From positions 1 to 28,171 of the IMG/VR virus record IMGVR_UViG_3300025816_000057: DNA of 28,171 nt. One strand, written 5' to 3'. Position numbers and translations under genes: made by a program. Shown piece by piece: positions 26,022 to 28,171 of the stretch (the first letter of the stretch is position 1; every line of letters starts with the position of its first letter). The stretch comes from a virus. Lineage: Duplodnaviria; Caudoviricetes. The notes under the pieces are model-generated. The model was given only the letters and a program-made list of their open reading frames with translations. It was not told the origin of the DNA and searched no databases.

Positions 26022-26794
26022 AAGCTATCTAACATATTTTTTAATCCTGGGCTGGCTATAGTACCTAATGCTTTGGATTTTATATTTGTATTCTTGTTAT
26101 TACCCAATGTACGTGATTTCTTTTGAGGCTCCACATTTCCACCATTAAGTTTTGGTAACCACTCCATCTCAAATTCTATTCGTGCTGACATTAAATCTGC
26201 TTGATGAAGAATAAATGGTAAAGATGTACGTGGTTTTTGTTCGGGCATAAATGTTTTCAAATACTTTGTATTTGCTTCATCATATAACCCATCATGTGTT
26301 TGAATAGCAATCATCTCATTGAACGAGTACTGGATGTTATGTGATTGGAGAAGAAATAATCCTCTATCGGGAACAGAAGCAAATGAGACTTTTTTATTAA
26401 ACATATAATCCTCACCCAGTTTTTCTCGTCTCCATTTATCAGTTTGGGGAATATATGATTCATTTTCCTCATCTCCCATCTTACCTAAATCATGGTTGAT
26501 AGCGCTAAATACTAATTCTTCTTCGGTAAATGTCGTCATATCACAACCAGCCTCTGCCCATACAGTGGATAACGTGAGCGAAGCAGATACCACACGATTT
26601 ACGTGATAAACATACCCACCAGGAAATGCACTATGATATTTATCTAGGTGGGATGCGGGCATAAGGATAATTCTATCCTCATACTTTTTATAGAAATCCA
26701 ATAATGATTGTTTTCTATCTCCTGTAATATATTTCTCAATATTACCTATGAATTCTTCCCAATTTGATTGGATCTGCTCTGCTGTCAACTTCAT
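26018..26794 (-). CDS. HD-domain metal-dependent phosphohydrolase (YhaM-like)
   Basis: PAS...YHSAFPGGYVYH, AINHDLGK, AIQTHDG and ILHQAD motifs. Confidence 0.88.
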   Translation of the reverse strand: MKLTAEQIQSNWEEFIGNIEKYITGDRKQSLLDFYKKYEDRIILMPASHLDKYHSAFPGGYVYHVNRVVSASLTLSTVWAEAGCDMTTFTEEELVFSAINHDLGKMGDEENESYIPQTDKWRREKLGEDYMFNKKVSFASVPDRGLFLLQSHNIQYSFNEMIAIQTHDGLYDEANTKYLKTFMPEQKPRTSLPFILHQADLMSARIEFEMEWLPKLNGGNVEPQKKSRTLGNNKNTNIKSKALGTIASPGLKNMLDSL

Positions 26795-26797
26795 ACC

Positions 26798-26986
26798 TTA
26801 CCCCTCTCTAGATGATAATGGTTCATTTTCAATTTGACTTCTTACTTCCTCTACTAGATCACCTGCTCTTTCCAATGCCTTTAGATAAGTTTCTAAGGGT
26901 TCCTGCTTACTAACTATTCCTCTTAGATTTCCTAGTACTCCCTCTAAAAGATCTAGTTGTTTATTTATATAATTTCTGTTTTTCAT
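26798..26986 (-). CDS. Hypothetical protein (62 aa)
   Basis: ATG-TAA ORF ending 3 nt before the HD gene; amphipathic helical sequence. Confidence 0.7.
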   Translation of the reverse strand: MKNRNYINKQLDLLEGVLGNLRGIVSKQEPLETYLKALERAGDLVEEVRSQIENEPLSSREG

Positions 26987-27049
26987 AACTTTGTTTGTTT
27001 AACTTTATTCATTTATTATTCCTACTCTCTCTACCTAACTACACAGGGT

Positions 27050-27081
27050 CGAAGTTACTACCCTTCTTTGACTTAGGCACG
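27050..27081 (-). promoter_or_regulatory. Candidate degenerate Bacteroidota-type promoter
   Basis: Minus strand reads CGTG-N20-TAACTTCG (consensus TTTG-N~20-TAnnTTTG), in the 112-nt gap upstream of the 62-aa/HD/membrane/sigma block. Confidence 0.35.
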
Positions 27082-27098
27082 TTTTTCGTATGACGTTT

Positions 27099-27542
27099 TT
27101 AATATTTATTTTTTAGTTTTTGAATGGTGTGGAGAAATGCGCATTTTTCGTATTCTTCTACGCTTTCAAAATAAGAAATAGCTTCACTTAATGTTTGTTT
27201 TAGGGGGCCACTTTTATAATCCATAACTGCTTTACAATGATTTTTATTTTTTAAATCTAAACCTTTAATATAATACCAAGCTCTATTAAATACAGCAAAT
27301 GAGGCTGCTTCTTTAGTAGTTTCTAAATCAATAGCCCCTGAATTTTCTTTATCTAGAAATTTTTTTAGTTTTTGATGGAATACAAGATGATTAATAATAA
27401 GTTTTACAAACATCCCTAGTTTATTTATAGGAGATTCCAACTCAGCCTCCATTATTTTTTCAAGAGCTTTTATACTTTTTTTCTCTTCAAAATCATCATC
27501 ACTACTACCAAATAAACTAAATAGTTTGTCTTTATCAATCAT
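27099..27542 (-). CDS. Hypothetical protein with C-terminal UvrB/UvrC (UVR)-like motif
   Basis: LKQTLSEAISYFESVEEYEKCAFLHTI resembles the UVR helical hairpin 'A...E.YE.AA.L'. Confidence 0.7.
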   Translation of the reverse strand: MIDKDKLFSLFGSSDDDFEEKKSIKALEKIMEAELESPINKLGMFVKLIINHLVFHQKLKKFLDKENSGAIDLETTKEAASFAVFNRAWYYIKGLDLKNKNHCKAVMDYKSGPLKQTLSEAISYFESVEEYEKCAFLHTIQKLKNKY

Positions 27543-27544
27543 AC

Positions 27545-28171
27545 TTATAAATATTTATCTTTACAAAAACCTAAATCATATGAGGTATATTTAATACTAA
27601 GATTAGGGATATTAAAAGGTGTTTTATATGGGTTATAATCCCACCATCCTTCACCCCACTTCTTATTCATATACTCCCAATTTTTCTTCCAAGCATATAC
27701 TATTTTATCATTTAATTTAGAATTAGCTCTTCTAGTTTGTGAACCAGTTTTATTATAATCAAAACTTCCACCATGAGAATATCTTTTTTTCATAAAGTTA
27801 ATAGTATTAACAGGTTTATTTATCAATCTCATAATATAGTCTAAGTCCTCACAATAAGCTGGATAAAAATTTTCATCAAATAAACCATGACTTTGTATTA
27901 ATGAGGATTTCATTAAAAACAAATCAAAACTTCCATAACTATTTGAACCACCTTGACCAAAAATAAGTTTAACATTTTCATATTGTGCAAGTTCATTCAT
28001 TTCCTTTAAGAATCCTGGTTCAAATCCAACATCATGATTTGGAATAATCCAATAAGGTGAATGCATAAATGATTTAATCACCAAGTTCCATGATGCGGCT
28101 ACCCCTATGTTTGATATATTGCTATTTACGTGAAAATTTTGAATATAAGGGTGTGGTTGGGAAATAATAGC
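27545..28171 (-). CDS. Glycosyltransferase family 2 (GT-A), 5' truncated at window edge
   Basis: The frame stays open upstream of the track's TTG at 28084 to the window end: AIISQPHPYIQNFHVNSNISNIGVAASWNLVIK...YWIIPNHDVGF...GLFDENFYPAYCEDLDY. N.G.A..WN, the DxD-position motif (NHD) and G.FDE.F....ED.D are GT2 hallmarks. Confidence 0.88.
   Translation of the reverse strand, partial: AIISQPHPYIQNFHVNSNISNIGVAASWNLVIKSFMHSPYWIIPNHDVGFEPGFLKEMNELAQYENVKLIFGQGGSNSYGSFDLFLMKSSLIQSHGLFDENFYPAYCEDLDYIMRLINKPVNTINFMKKRYSHGGSFDYNKTGSQTRRANSKLNDKIVYAWKKNWEYMNKKWGEGWWDYNPYKTPFNIPNLSIKYTSYDLGFCKDKYL

Noticed and set aside
26987-27098. tRNA or known ncRNA in the largest intergenic gap
   Set aside because: No cloverleaf or T-loop GTTCRA is visible; only short 5-bp stems were found.
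369-27547. Stop-codon reassignment (21 of 22 visible stops are TAA, one is TGA, none is TAG)
   Set aside because: ORFs up to 1875 aa are intact in the standard code and coding density is near complete; the TAA bias is expected at low GC.
27545-27554. An additional ATATTTATAA copy
   Set aside because: It is the coding end of the GT2 gene (K-Y-L-stop) and lies only 2 nt from the next ATG, probably too close for a promoter; not counted.
28082-28084. TTG at 28084 as the glycosyltransferase start
   Set aside because: The frame is open to the window end and encodes the conserved NIGVAASWN motif upstream, so the true start lies outside the window.

Overview
This AT-rich window (roughly 30% GC by eye) is a fragment of a large contractile-tailed (myovirus-type) phage genome, probably infecting a Bacteroidota host. 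It has 23 densely packed genes, all on the minus strand, two of them cut by the window edges. Read right to left in transcription order, it begins with a GT2 glycosyltransferase (5' truncated), a UVR-motif protein, a small protein, an HD hydrolase, a small membrane protein and a T4 gp55-like sigma factor. A baseplate/tail module follows: a gp5-like spike, a membrane protein with a carboxypeptidase-regulatory-like domain, gp25, gp6/J, a DNRLRE protein, a gp7/P2-I-like 1875-aa protein, a 1581-aa protein and three fibre-anchor-like proteins. It ends with a 940-aa nearly proline-free collagen-like fibre, a Cys-rich protein, a coiled-coil protein and a 2OG-Fe(II) oxygenase (3' truncated, absent from the ORF track). 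Four observations stand out: (1) a strand-specific TATTTAT(A/T)A motif in 5 of the 6 larger intergenic gaps, next to a phage sigma factor; (2) Bacteroidota-type promoter candidates; (3) a possible virion modification system (collagen, oxygenase, GT2 and abundant [S/T]-[G/S/A]-S motifs); (4) an apparently split tail-fibre anchor domain. All family assignments come from reading motifs by eye; no searches were run.
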